A stretch of 48,283 nt of DNA from Urbifossiella sp. (GCA_035571955.1 DATNBQ010000600.1:1-48283), one strand, 5' to 3'. Numbered from the stretch's first letter, positions 9,620-18,845 are shown. Program-made: numbers and translations. Notes: generated from the sequence alone by a model not told the origin.

Positions 9620-10498
9620 TCAGCGTAATGCTGTGCGCGGTGGCGCTGCCCATCGGACTGCATCCGGAGGTTGCTTCACATCCCAGGCGAGTCCGACGAA
9701 GGAGAGCAATCGTATGAACGCGTAGCTCATGTCGAGTTCATACCAGGCGAACCCATGTCGAGCGGAGCTCGGCGAGCGGTGGTGATTGTTGTGCCAGCCG
9801 TCGCCCATGGCGAGAAAACCGAGAAGGAAGTTATTTCGGCTTCCCTCACCAGTGTCGAATCGCTGTGGACCGAAAAGGTGGCCGATCGAATTTACGGCAA
9901 ACGTTACCTGGAAGGCCAACACGACGCTCAAGCAGAACCCGAAGACGAGAGCACCCACTCCTCCGATCGCGAAACAGACCGCCGCCATCAGAATACCGGG
10001 AACCATCCAAAGGCGATCGAGCCAAACGAGCTCGGGATACTTCGCGAGGTCATGAACGATTGATTCGTCCGGATGCATGAGGTCGCGGGTAAAGAGCCAG
10101 CCGAAATGGCTGTGCAGGAACCCATCGACGACCGGTGAATGCGGATCGCCCGCCTCATCTGAGTGGCGATGGTGCAGTCGGTGGTGGATGGACCACCAGA
10201 GCGGTCCCTTCTGCAAGGCCGTGCACCCAGCCGCTGCAAGCAAGAACTGAACCCACCGCGGCGTCTTGAACGCTCGGTGAGAACAGTACCGGTGCAATCC
10301 AACGGTGACGCCGAGCCCGGTGATCCGGGTCAGGACCAGAATCCACAGGAGATACCATAACGAGAATTCGATGAACGGAATCGCAATCAGTGCCAGATGA
10401 ACGAGCAAGAGAGGCGCGAGTGCGAAGCCAATTCGAAAGATGCGGTATGTGGGAGAAAACCAGCGCCCAGTGGCAGCGGCGAATGGCAGGAGATGCAT
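9620..10498 (-). CDS. Membrane-bound delta-9-type acyl-CoA/acyl-lipid fatty acid desaturase
   Basis: Three His boxes (HRYCSH, HRLHHRHSD..GDPHSP, GWHNNHH), plus VNSIGH and TM segments. Confidence 0.93.
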   Translation of the reverse strand: MHLLPFAAATGRWFSPTYRIFRIGFALAPLLLVHLALIAIPFIEFSLWYLLWILVLTRITGLGVTVGLHRYCSHRAFKTPRWVQFLLAAAGCTALQKGPLWWSIHHRLHHRHSDEAGDPHSPVVDGFLHSHFGWLFTRDLMHPDESIVHDLAKYPELVWLDRLWMVPGILMAAVCFAIGGVGALVFGFCLSVVLAFQVTFAVNSIGHLFGPQRFDTGEGSRNNFLLGFLAMGDGWHNNHHRSPSSARHGFAWYELDMSYAFIRLLSFVGLAWDVKQPPDAVRWAAPPRTALR

Positions 10499-10797
10499 AG
10501 AGTACCGCCCGGGGCATGAGTGAACCCGGCCAACCGGGAGAGAGACAGGCTCGCAAGCAAGCCCATCGCGAGAGAGGAGTTTATCGAGTTTTCGATTCCG
10601 TTACGATCTCGATTCCGCGGAATTCGGCATTTGGTAAGTGGCGGGATTTGCGGGGCGGAGGCATTTCCCTCCGTCTGCGTCCTGCAATACTCCCCGTACT
10701 GCTCGTTCCTACCATCCAAACTAGGTCGCCAGCGCGACTGTAGCCGGTGAGGGTTCCTTCAGAATACCACTTCGAATTGCGGTGGCGACTTGGTCGT

Positions 10798-12369
10798 TCA
10801 AGGGGTGCCGGCAACTTCCGCGGGTTCGATGAGGCCGTCGCCGTTGCGATCGAGCTTCCGGAACAGTTCGATGGGCCCGAGGAACTCGCGGAGGGAAACG
10901 TCGCCGTCGCCATTGCGATCCATTTTGCTGAACCAGAGAGGCGTCGGACCGCGCGGCGACGGGCCCCCCGCCGCGGGAGGAACCAGCAACCCGACCGGCA
11001 CCGGATCGACGACGAACCGCAGCGCGAGTTGCCGGACCAGGTTTTCGGGGCCGAACGAGCCGTCCGCGGAGGCGAATGGCGTGACGATGGTGGGGGCTTC
11101 CGCCAGTTCGCGCGGCGAGAGCCGCCCATCGCCGTCCCGATCGAGCAAATTGAAAAGCCCGTCGCCGCGGTCGATGCATTCGACCTCGACGCGGCATGCG
11201 GCCAGCGGTTCCAGCGCCTTCCGCGCCGCTTCGATGTCCGCGGCGCCGAGCTTGGCATCCGCGCTCCGAACGGCGAAATCGAAGAACGCCAGGGCACTCA
11301 AGTCCCTCTCGAGGGCCTTGCGTTCGAGCGGCTTATCTTTGGTTAGCGCATGCAAGTTCTGGCAAACGCGATCGGCCTCCGCGGTCCAGCGGGCAACGGG
11401 CCAGGGCGCGGGCTTTTCGAAGCGGAAGACGCTGCCGGGAAAGGCCGCCTTCCACATGCCTCCCGTTTCGACGGCCCCCGTTGCAATGAACCGATTGCCC
11501 GATGCGTCGAAGTGAAGCGTCAGCTCGATGCCCGGGGGCTTGGAGAGCCACGCCGCGAGTTCGGTGGAATCGAGGATGCCGTTGCCGTCCTGATCGAGCG
11601 AGTCGAAGGACTTCGCTTCAGCGCCGAACTCAGCCTTTTTCAACGCAGTGGCCTTCGCCCCCACCCGGGCCGCCAGGAGTGGCTTGACGCCCCGTTCTCC
11701 TATCGAGGGAAGGAAGACGAGGTCGGACGGCCCTTCGCGCGTTTCTTGATCCGGCTGCGGGAGAGGCAGGGAACGACCGCGCCCGGCGGGCGGTACGCCG
11801 CGGTCCAGAAGCTCCGCGGCGGTTACAAATTCATCTTCGTTCACGTCGAGTATTGCCAGCCGTTCGCGGGCGGCCTTTAGTTCCTCCGTGGAGAGCCGGC
11901 CATCGCCGTTGCGATCGAGGTGGCGGAAGAGCACGGCAGAAAGTGCGGAGGAATCCGCCGGCGGGCGGACGACGCGGAAGCCGATCGCATCTTTCCCGGC
12001 GGCCCGCATCGCTTCGCCGAACGCGGCTCGCGTCACCTTCTCATCCTTCTTCGCGAACGCGAGCCGCAGTGGCTGACTGACCATGGGGCCCTCGAAAAAG
12101 TCGAGTCGCGAGGAAACGCGAATGGGCCCAAAGGGCGATCGTTCCTGGGCATCGAGCCCGCCATCCCGATTTTGATCCCGGAACGCGAACAGTCTGTCGA
12201 GCGCCTTGTTCCAGATATCTTCCGCCGGATGCCCGGCAAGCGCGATGTGGATCCGAATTCGCACGGGGCCGCTCGGGGCGAAATAAACGAGTTCGCGCGT
12301 GCTCCCGGCCGGCGGGGCCGCGCCGGCGGCAAGTATCGCTGCCGCGAAGATGGCCCAGCGCACGATCAT
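10798..12369 (-). CDS. Secreted multi-EF-hand calcium-binding protein
   Basis: Signal peptide and about 7 DxDxDG-type loops (DQNRDGGLDAQE, DRNGDGRLSTEE, DVNEDEFVTAAE, DQDGNGILDSTE, DRDGDGRLSPRE, DRNGDGDVSLRE, DRNGDGLIEPAE). 4-bp overlap with DUF1501. Confidence 0.88.
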   Translation of the reverse strand: MIVRWAIFAAAILAAGAAPPAGSTRELVYFAPSGPVRIRIHIALAGHPAEDIWNKALDRLFAFRDQNRDGGLDAQERSPFGPIRVSSRLDFFEGPMVSQPLRLAFAKKDEKVTRAAFGEAMRAAGKDAIGFRVVRPPADSSALSAVLFRHLDRNGDGRLSTEELKAARERLAILDVNEDEFVTAAELLDRGVPPAGRGRSLPLPQPDQETREGPSDLVFLPSIGERGVKPLLAARVGAKATALKKAEFGAEAKSFDSLDQDGNGILDSTELAAWLSKPPGIELTLHFDASGNRFIATGAVETGGMWKAAFPGSVFRFEKPAPWPVARWTAEADRVCQNLHALTKDKPLERKALERDLSALAFFDFAVRSADAKLGAADIEAARKALEPLAACRVEVECIDRGDGLFNLLDRDGDGRLSPRELAEAPTIVTPFASADGSFGPENLVRQLALRFVVDPVPVGLLVPPAAGGPSPRGPTPLWFSKMDRNGDGDVSLREFLGPIELFRKLDRNGDGLIEPAEVAGTP

Positions 12370-13661
12370 GCCAGCACCTCGACCACAGGCTTCGCGGACT
12401 TGTCGACAATTGGGATCGGCCGGCCGACATTGGAAAGGTTCGTCTTTTGGGAGTTGATGCCGAGCGCCTTGCAGAGGGTTCCAAGCAGGTCGGGGACGCT
12501 GGTCGGCCGTTCTTCGACTTTCGTGCCATCGCGGCTCGTCCTACCGAGGGCCTGGCCCCCCTTGATGCCGCCGCCCGCGAGCACCGCCGACCACGCATCC
12601 GGGAAGTGGTCGCGCCCCTTTTGCGGATTGATCTTCGGCGTTCGCCCGAATTCGCCCATCCAGAGAATTGTGGTCGTGTCGAGCAGGCCGCGGTCCTTGA
12701 GGTCCGCCATCAGCGCGGACCAGGCCGGGTCGAGGATGCCGCAAAGGTTTTTCACCTGATCGTGGTTCTGGTTGTGCGTGTCCCAGCCATCGAGCGTGAC
12801 TTCGACGAAGGGAACGCTGCGCTCCACGAGCCGGCGGGCGAGCAGGCACCCCTGTCCGAAGAGATTGCGGCCGTAGCGATCGCGGACCTCGGATTTCTCC
12901 GCCGAGAGGTCGAATGCGCGGGCCGTCTCCGGCTTCATCATGCGGATGGCGGCGGCGAACGATTCGCGATGGCTCTCGGCGATCGGGCCGGGGCGTTCGT
13001 CGAGGAACCCCGCTTCGAGATCCTTCATTAGCGCGAGCCGCTCGTCGGCCCGCGCCGCGGCGATGCCGCCGAACCGGTCGAGGTTTTGAACCCGGAGTTG
13101 TTCGTCGACGGCGGAACCGCCGCGGATTCCTTGTCCGTCGGCGACGATGAGCGGCGAGTACTTCGGCCCTAAAAAGCCGGGTCCGAACGCGCTTTGGGAA
13201 AGGCCGCGCTGCGGCGCGATGGCGATAAACGGCGGCAGGTCCGCCCTGCCGGTCGGCAACTCCTTGGCCACGAGCGCCCCGAGCGATGGAAAATCGATGG
13301 CCCCTTGCGGCAGCGTGCCGGTGCGGAGCAGATGCGTGGCCCGGCCGTGGTCCCCTTCCTTCGTGGACATGCCGCGGATCACGGCGATGCGGTCGCCGTG
13401 CTCGGCGAGCTTCGGCAAATGCTGGCCGATTTTCAGGCCCGGCGCCTTGGTGGCGATCTCGGTGAACGGGCCGCCGTTGGCGTGGCCGGTCTTGAGATCC
13501 CATAAGTCGATGGTGGCGGGTCCGCCGCTCATCCAGAGCAGGATGCAGGCACGCTTCCGCTCGGGATTAGCGGCAGCGGCACTTGCCAGTGGGGCGAACC
13601 AGCCGCAAGCGGACGCCGCAACCGAGCCGCGCAGGAATCCGCGCCGCGTGAACGATCCCAT
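12366..13661 (-). CDS. DUF1501 family protein with Tat signal
   Basis: TRRGFLRG twin-arginine leader, CILLWMSGGPATIDLWDLK, FGQGCLLARRLVE, GWDTH and GEFGRTPKIN..GRDHFP. SD GAGGAG upstream. Confidence 0.93.
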   Translation of the reverse strand: MGSFTRRGFLRGSVAASACGWFAPLASAAAANPERKRACILLWMSGGPATIDLWDLKTGHANGGPFTEIATKAPGLKIGQHLPKLAEHGDRIAVIRGMSTKEGDHGRATHLLRTGTLPQGAIDFPSLGALVAKELPTGRADLPPFIAIAPQRGLSQSAFGPGFLGPKYSPLIVADGQGIRGGSAVDEQLRVQNLDRFGGIAAARADERLALMKDLEAGFLDERPGPIAESHRESFAAAIRMMKPETARAFDLSAEKSEVRDRYGRNLFGQGCLLARRLVERSVPFVEVTLDGWDTHNQNHDQVKNLCGILDPAWSALMADLKDRGLLDTTTILWMGEFGRTPKINPQKGRDHFPDAWSAVLAGGGIKGGQALGRTSRDGTKVEERPTSVPDLLGTLCKALGINSQKTNLSNVGRPIPIVDKSAKPVVEVLA

Positions 13662-13674
13662 GGCTTCTCCTCAG

Positions 13675-13779
13675 TAAGCACTCAGCCCTCAGCCCTCAGC
13701 ACTCAGCTGTCAGCACTCAGCTGTCAGCCCTCAGCTGTCAGCCCTCAGCTGTCAGCCCTCAGCACTCAGCACTCAGCAC
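13675..13779. repeat. Heptamer tandem repeat, (TCAGCNN)x14 plus one degenerate unit
   Basis: 13682-13779 is 14 units of TCAGC followed by CC, AC or TG, preceded by TAAGCAC. It fills most of the gap between DUF1549/1553 and DUF1501. Confidence 0.97.
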
Positions 13780-15344
13780 TAATGGTTCGTGCGGAACTCG
13801 ATGCCGTTGAGCAGTGCCCAAAGGACATCGGCATAGCGTTCCTTCTCTTTGCCGGTGCCGCCGGTCTCCACATGAGCGAGCCCGCGTTGCAGTTCCTTTG
13901 GCTTCGGCGTCCGGCCGAGGGCCGCGAGATAAATCGCCTCGATCCGCTCGCTGGCTGAAAGCCCCGGCAACTCGACGATGGCCCCGAGCGTCCGGCTCGA
14001 TTCCACAGTCGTCGCCGCGCCCACGAGCCCGCCGTTCATCAGCGTCAGGGCCTGGAGGATGGTCGTGGCGTTCTCGGTGCGGCGGCCGGTCAGTGCGAAG
14101 GTTTCCAGGAACTGCCGCCGCGGCGAACCGGGGTTCTGCAAATAGAAGCCGCCCGGCCCTTCAAGCGGCGACCCGATTACCACCGACAGGCTGTCGAACA
14201 GTTGCTCCGGAGTCAGCCCTTGCACCGGGAAGCGGGCAAAAAGCCGCGAATCCTTTTGCCCCGGATCGCTCTGCACGCTCGAGCGCTGGAAGGCATCGCT
14301 GAGCAAGATCGCGCGAAGGAGGAAGCGAGTGTCGAACCCCGATTCCACGAATGCTTTGGCGAGTGCATCCAGGAGCGCCGGATGGCTGGGGGAGTTCTTC
14401 TCGTTGAAGTCGTCGATGGGATCGACGATGCCGATGCCAAAGACGAACCCCCAGAGCCGATTCGCGGCGGCCTTGGCGAAGAACGGGTTCTCCTTTGCGG
14501 TCAGCCAGGCGGCAAGCGTGATTCGCGGGCTCTTGCGGAATTGCCAGGCCGGCTCCTTGTCGTCCAGGAACGTGGCGGGAACGGTGCGTTCCGCGTTGGG
14601 GATGGAAAGTTCGCGGCGATCGAGGGCTTCGCGCAGTCCGAACCCGCCGCCGTTTTGCATCGAGACGCCGGCATAGAACGCGGCCAAGCCCCAGAATTGA
14701 TCGCGCGTCCATCGGCTGAACGGGTGGTCGTGGCACTGGGCGCACTCGAGTTGAATGCCCATGAATAACCGCGAGGTGGCGGCGGCAAGGTTTTCCGGCT
14801 TGCCCCCCTTGGCGATGTAAAACGCGAGCGGATTCGTCTGCCCGTCCGGATCGTCATCGGGAACGCGGCCGTTCGCTCCTCGCGCATCGAGCGGCGTCGT
14901 GAGCAGTTCAGTGACCAGCTTGTCGAACGGCGCGTTCGACTGGATCCGAGCGCGGAGCCATTTTTCGAACCCCGGCACCTCAGCGGCGACTTGCGCGTCC
15001 GTCAGTGCTTCCGGGAGCAACCAGCCGCGCCAGGTGGTCGTCAAGTGAGTGGCGAATGCCGCGGAATCGAGCAATTTGTCGATGGCCTTGGCGCGCTTCG
15101 CTGGATTGGTGTCCGCCAGGAACAGGCGCACCTCGGCCGGGGAAGGAACGCGACCGCCCAGGACGAGGTGGATGCGGCGGAAGAACGCGGCGTCGTCGCT
15201 TTTCGCCGCGGGCGGAACCTTGCGCGCGTCGAGCTTCGCATGGATCTGCCGATCGATGATATCGGCGAGCGCCTTGGCATCCGCCGCGACGGCTGGCATC
15301 GCGGATAGCGAAAGGAGCAGGGCACTGGCAAATAAATGGCGCAT
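13779..15344 (-). CDS. DUF1549/DUF1553 (PSD1-type) planctomycete protein
   Basis: Start reassigned to ATG 15344 (signal peptide MRHLFASALLLSLSAMPAVA). DDAAFFRRIHLVLGGRVP, MGIQLECAQCHDHP, LAAWLTAKENPFFAKAAANRLW, NSPSHPALLDALA, QALTLMNG and WALLNGIEFRTNH. Confidence 0.93.
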   Translation of the reverse strand: MRHLFASALLLSLSAMPAVAADAKALADIIDRQIHAKLDARKVPPAAKSDDAAFFRRIHLVLGGRVPSPAEVRLFLADTNPAKRAKAIDKLLDSAAFATHLTTTWRGWLLPEALTDAQVAAEVPGFEKWLRARIQSNAPFDKLVTELLTTPLDARGANGRVPDDDPDGQTNPLAFYIAKGGKPENLAAATSRLFMGIQLECAQCHDHPFSRWTRDQFWGLAAFYAGVSMQNGGGFGLREALDRRELSIPNAERTVPATFLDDKEPAWQFRKSPRITLAAWLTAKENPFFAKAAANRLWGFVFGIGIVDPIDDFNEKNSPSHPALLDALAKAFVESGFDTRFLLRAILLSDAFQRSSVQSDPGQKDSRLFARFPVQGLTPEQLFDSLSVVIGSPLEGPGGFYLQNPGSPRRQFLETFALTGRRTENATTILQALTLMNGGLVGAATTVESSRTLGAIVELPGLSASERIEAIYLAALGRTPKPKELQRGLAHVETGGTGKEKERYADVLWALLNGIEFRTNH

Positions 15345-15358
15345 GGGTAATCCTCGCG

Positions 15359-18352
15359 TCACTCGCCGACGAGCAGCCACTTCTTCACGGCTCGATCGCC
15401 GGCGGAAAAGGCCGTCGTGCGATCGGGCGCCATCGCCACATCGCGGACGGCGTCGGCGTGGCCGCGGATGGTTCTTAAGGGCCGGCCGGCCCGCGGATCC
15501 CAGAGGTATAAATTCCCGTCGCCGGCCGCGGTCAGCACTTGCCCTCGCGCGGCAAATGTCGCGGCCGCGATCGGCCCGGGGTGTGCGAGCTCCTGGTAAT
15601 TTCCCATGGAGGAGCCATCGCGCACATCCAGGAATTCCACGGCATAGCGCGGCGGAGTCTCTTCTTCGTCGATTACCGCGGGCGCCGCGTTGACGACAAT
15701 GGCCGCGGTCGACGCCGTGGGGTCGAATGCGATGCTCGACACCGGCCCGGCAACGCGGCCGCGAACGAGTTCTTCGCCCGTCGCAACATCGAGCAGCCGC
15801 ATGGCCCCATCGGCATACCCGGCTGCGATCCGGCCGCCGCGCGGGGTGAACGCCAATGCCGTGACTTCGCCGAACCCCTGTCCGATGCGGCGCGGCCGAC
15901 CGCCTTCCGCCAGGCGCACGAAGCCGATGCCCGCCGACTTTCCACCGCCGATCGCCAGCGTGGATCCGTCCGGCGACATCGCCAGGCGCTGGTCGGTCGT
16001 CGGTTGGATCAAGGCGTGCAACACCTGACCGGACGCCGTATCCCAGATGCGAATTCGTTCATCGGCGCCGGCGGAAACCAGCCGCCCGTGCGAACCGAAT
16101 ACGAGCGCCCGAACGCCGCCCGGATGGCCCGGCAACTGCTTCGAGAATCGCGCCGTCTTGGCATCCCACAAACGGATGGCGCCGTCCCGCCCGCCGATCG
16201 CCAGCAGCGTGCCTTCCGGCGCAAGGGCGACGCATCCAACTGCGTGCTCAGTGCGGAAGACGGCCGGCGCAGTTTGAAGCGTTGCAACCGTCCAGATCAG
16301 TGTCGTGCCGTCTTGAGCGATGGTGCGAAGGGAACGGGTTGCCGGCAGGTTCTGGATTGCAACGATACCGGCAATGTGCGCCGGTTGCTCGACCGGTTGT
16401 CCCGGCTCGCGCCCGAGGTAACCGCGCACCTGGCCGTCTTGCGGGTTGATGTGCACAAGATGCCCGCTCTTGGTTCCGGCCACCAAGCCGAAGCCCGAAT
16501 CGGTGAAACTCAGCGTCGTCACTGCGTCCGGCAAGGCGACGGGCGATACGGATTCGCGGCCGGTCCCGGTCTGCCAGAACCGCACCATCCGGTCGTCCCC
16601 GCCCGAGGCCAACAGCGTGCCGTCCGGAGAAAATGCCAAGGCATTGACGGCGCCGTCGTGCTTCCAGTGACGAACGGCGATGCCACGGGTCGCGTCCCAC
16701 AGGCGGACGATGTTCTCCGCCCCACCGGAAGCGACGAACTGCCCGTTCGGGGAGAACGCCACGGCCCGGATGCCGCCGGTATGGCCGGACCACGCCGCGA
16801 GGGCAGCCCCGCTTGCTGCATTCCAGAGCCGCACGGTCTTATCGTAGCCACCAGTGACTAGCGTTCGGCCGTCGGGTGAAAAGGCGACCGATTTCATCCA
16901 CTTGCCACGACCGTCGAGCGCGGCGAGTTTCCGACCATCGGTCGAATTCCAAGTCCTGGCGGTGCCGTCGTCGCTGGTCGTGGCAATCCGCGAACCATCC
17001 GGAGAGAAGGCGATCGCGGTGACCGCGTCGGTGTGGCCGGTCAATGTCAGCACGAGTTGCCGGGTGCGGACGTTCGACACGGCAACGTCCGGGCCGATCG
17101 CGACTGCGAGCAGCGGCCCATGCGATGCCGACGCCGCCACCGGGGCATTGAACCTGGGACCGATCGTCGCTCGCGGGACAAAGTTCAGCGATTCCCGGAC
17201 TTCATCGACGGTTGTCGCGTCGGGGCCGGTCACCGTCACATCGGCATCGAAGGGCGCTCGGAGGAGGTCCAATTCCTTGGCGGCGAGCCGCGTCATTTTC
17301 GGCGCGGCAACGAGGCAAGCGAGCCCGACGGCGATTAGTAAGAAGCGGGAGCGGCTCGAGAGCGGTGCAGCCGGCGCCGCATTGAGAATGATCAAGAGCC
17401 GCTGCCGCATCGACGCGGCGCCGCCCATGCCGGCCGCGAATGCCGGTGTCCGTGGCGCCCCGGCCAGGTAATCGATCGTGGCCAGGATCGCCTCGGCGTA
17501 ATCGCAACTGGCGCCCGGCATCGCGGTCAGAACGCCGGCATCGCACGCTTCTTCTTCCAGTCGGCGCAGTTCGCGGCGGGCCAGCCAAGCCAGCGGGCAC
17601 CACCAATACGCCGCCAGCGCGGCGACTTCCACCAGCCGCACGATGTGGTCCCAGCGGCGCAGGTGGACGAGTTCGTGCAATAGAACGGCGTGCCGTTGCT
17701 CGGCCGCGAGTTGTTGCATCAAGTCGCCGGGCAGAAAGAGCGTGGGCCGCCCGACGAACCAGACGAAAGGGGAAAGTTTGCCGGGCACCACGCGAACGCG
17801 CGGCACTCGCCGTAGCCCCAACCGCTCCGCGGCTGCCGCCACTTCATCCAAGAGCGGTTGCGGCGCCGGGCTGGCATAGCGCAACAGCCGCGAGAAGCGC
17901 CTCACTCGCCGGATCGTGAGCACCAGGGCGGCCGCGGTTCCGATTCCCCACGCGAATGCCGCGACTTCGAGCAACGACGGCTGCCAGTTACGTTCCATCG
18001 CGGCAAACGGCACCGCGGAAGCGATTTCTCGCTCGCTCGTCGCGATCAGTGGCACGGACAGAGCGTTGTCACCGATCGCGGACGGTGCGGGCGGCGTTTC
18101 CAACGGAATGGAAGCGATCGGGGCGATGTGGGCCGGCTGAAGAATCGTTGGTTTCGGTTCCACCGCGGCAGGCAAACAGGGAACGGAAATCGCGGCGATG
18201 GGAGGCGTCAACATCTTCAAGAGCACGAGCAGCCAGAGTGCATGGCCCACGGCCGGGCGATGCAAGCGGCGGCCGACCGCGAAGGCAATCGCGGCGAGCC
18301 CGGCGGCGACCGCCAGGTTCCCGAGAACGGCCTCGAAGAAAGCCGCTGACAT
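15359..18352 (-). CDS. BlaR1/MecR1-type M56 metallopeptidase signal transducer fused to WD40 repeats
   Basis: N-terminal TMs (HALWLLVLLKMLTPP), LLHELVHLRRWDH zinc motif, YWWCPLAW..EEEACDAGV and MRQRLLIIL. A further TM is followed by about 14 WD40 repeats (GHTDAVTAIAFSPDG...RTWN, etc.). Confidence 0.92.
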   Translation of the reverse strand: MSAAFFEAVLGNLAVAAGLAAIAFAVGRRLHRPAVGHALWLLVLLKMLTPPIAAISVPCLPAAVEPKPTILQPAHIAPIASIPLETPPAPSAIGDNALSVPLIATSEREIASAVPFAAMERNWQPSLLEVAAFAWGIGTAAALVLTIRRVRRFSRLLRYASPAPQPLLDEVAAAAERLGLRRVPRVRVVPGKLSPFVWFVGRPTLFLPGDLMQQLAAEQRHAVLLHELVHLRRWDHIVRLVEVAALAAYWWCPLAWLARRELRRLEEEACDAGVLTAMPGASCDYAEAILATIDYLAGAPRTPAFAAGMGGAASMRQRLLIILNAAPAAPLSSRSRFLLIAVGLACLVAAPKMTRLAAKELDLLRAPFDADVTVTGPDATTVDEVRESLNFVPRATIGPRFNAPVAASASHGPLLAVAIGPDVAVSNVRTRQLVLTLTGHTDAVTAIAFSPDGSRIATTSDDGTARTWNSTDGRKLAALDGRGKWMKSVAFSPDGRTLVTGGYDKTVRLWNAASGAALAAWSGHTGGIRAVAFSPNGQFVASGGAENIVRLWDATRGIAVRHWKHDGAVNALAFSPDGTLLASGGDDRMVRFWQTGTGRESVSPVALPDAVTTLSFTDSGFGLVAGTKSGHLVHINPQDGQVRGYLGREPGQPVEQPAHIAGIVAIQNLPATRSLRTIAQDGTTLIWTVATLQTAPAVFRTEHAVGCVALAPEGTLLAIGGRDGAIRLWDAKTARFSKQLPGHPGGVRALVFGSHGRLVSAGADERIRIWDTASGQVLHALIQPTTDQRLAMSPDGSTLAIGGGKSAGIGFVRLAEGGRPRRIGQGFGEVTALAFTPRGGRIAAGYADGAMRLLDVATGEELVRGRVAGPVSSIAFDPTASTAAIVVNAAPAVIDEEETPPRYAVEFLDVRDGSSMGNYQELAHPGPIAAATFAARGQVLTAAGDGNLYLWDPRAGRPLRTIRGHADAVRDVAMAPDRTTAFSAGDRAVKKWLLVGE

Positions 18353-18359
18353 GGCGACC

Positions 18360-18758
18360 TCACGACTTCGACTTGCGATGCGCGTTCAACAAGCGCCACA
18401 ATTCCTTCCGCTCCGTTTCGGTCAGGCTGCCGGAGTTAATCAAATGGGTCAGCAGTGGGGCAACGGAACCGCCGCACAGGCGGTCGGCGACGCCCTGCAA
18501 CTGCCCGCCGACGAATTCATCCCGGCTCAGTGCGGCCACGAACACGTGCGACAGCGAGGAGCGATCGCGGGCCACGAGCGGCGGGTTTTCTTCTTCGAGC
18601 CGCTCGAGCAACTTCTGCACCGTGCCGTAAGACGACTGCCCTCCCCCGGCGTACAGGTGGTCGGTGAGCCGCCGAATGGTGGAAGGGCCGAGCTCCCATA
18701 GTGCTTCGAGCACGCGCAGCTCGGCATCCGTCACCTTGGAAACTGGGCGTTTGGCCAT
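18360..18758 (-). CDS. blaI: BlaI/MecI/CopY family transcriptional repressor
   Basis: VTDAELRVLEALWELGPSTIRRL..SYGTVQKLLERLEE and LCGGSVAPLLTHLI..LTETERKELWRLL. Lies directly upstream of the M56 gene. Confidence 0.93.
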   Translation of the reverse strand: MAKRPVSKVTDAELRVLEALWELGPSTIRRLTDHLYAGGGQSSYGTVQKLLERLEEENPPLVARDRSSLSHVFVAALSRDEFVGGQLQGVADRLCGGSVAPLLTHLINSGSLTETERKELWRLLNAHRKSKS

Positions 18759-18793
18759 TGCGAGTCCCGGAGAGATTCTGGGCTATCCCCAGC

Positions 18794-18822
18794 AATGTAA
18801 GACAACTCGTCTGAGACTGCAA
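18794..18822 (-). promoter_or_regulatory. sigma70-type promoter of blaI with an overlapping palindromic operator
   Basis: Minus strand reads TTGCAG(18822-18817)-N17-TACATT(18799-18794). The inverted repeat TAAGAC-AACTC-GTCTGA (18798-18814) covers the spacer and the -10 edge. Confidence 0.7.
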
Positions 18823-18845
18823 GCGGAAAACCGAGTATTCCGCAA

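Noticed and set aside
8226-10498. Hopanoid or lipid biosynthesis cluster (cyclase plus desaturase)
   Set aside because: The QW-repeat protein is secreted, about half the size of a squalene-hopene cyclase and lacks DxDD. No other hpn or lipid genes are nearby.
10500-10797. Small ORFs and the TCGATTCCG direct repeat upstream of the desaturase
   Set aside because: The ORFs lack coding features, and a two-copy 9-mer is too weak to call a regulatory site.
13675-13779. CRISPR array interpretation of the tandem repeat
   Set aside because: The period is 7 bp with no 25-45 bp unique spacers, and there are no cas genes in the window.
15359-18758. Beta-lactam resistance locus
   Set aside because: There is no beta-lactamase or PBP2a gene, and the M56 protein has WD40 repeats in place of a penicillin-binding SxxK domain.
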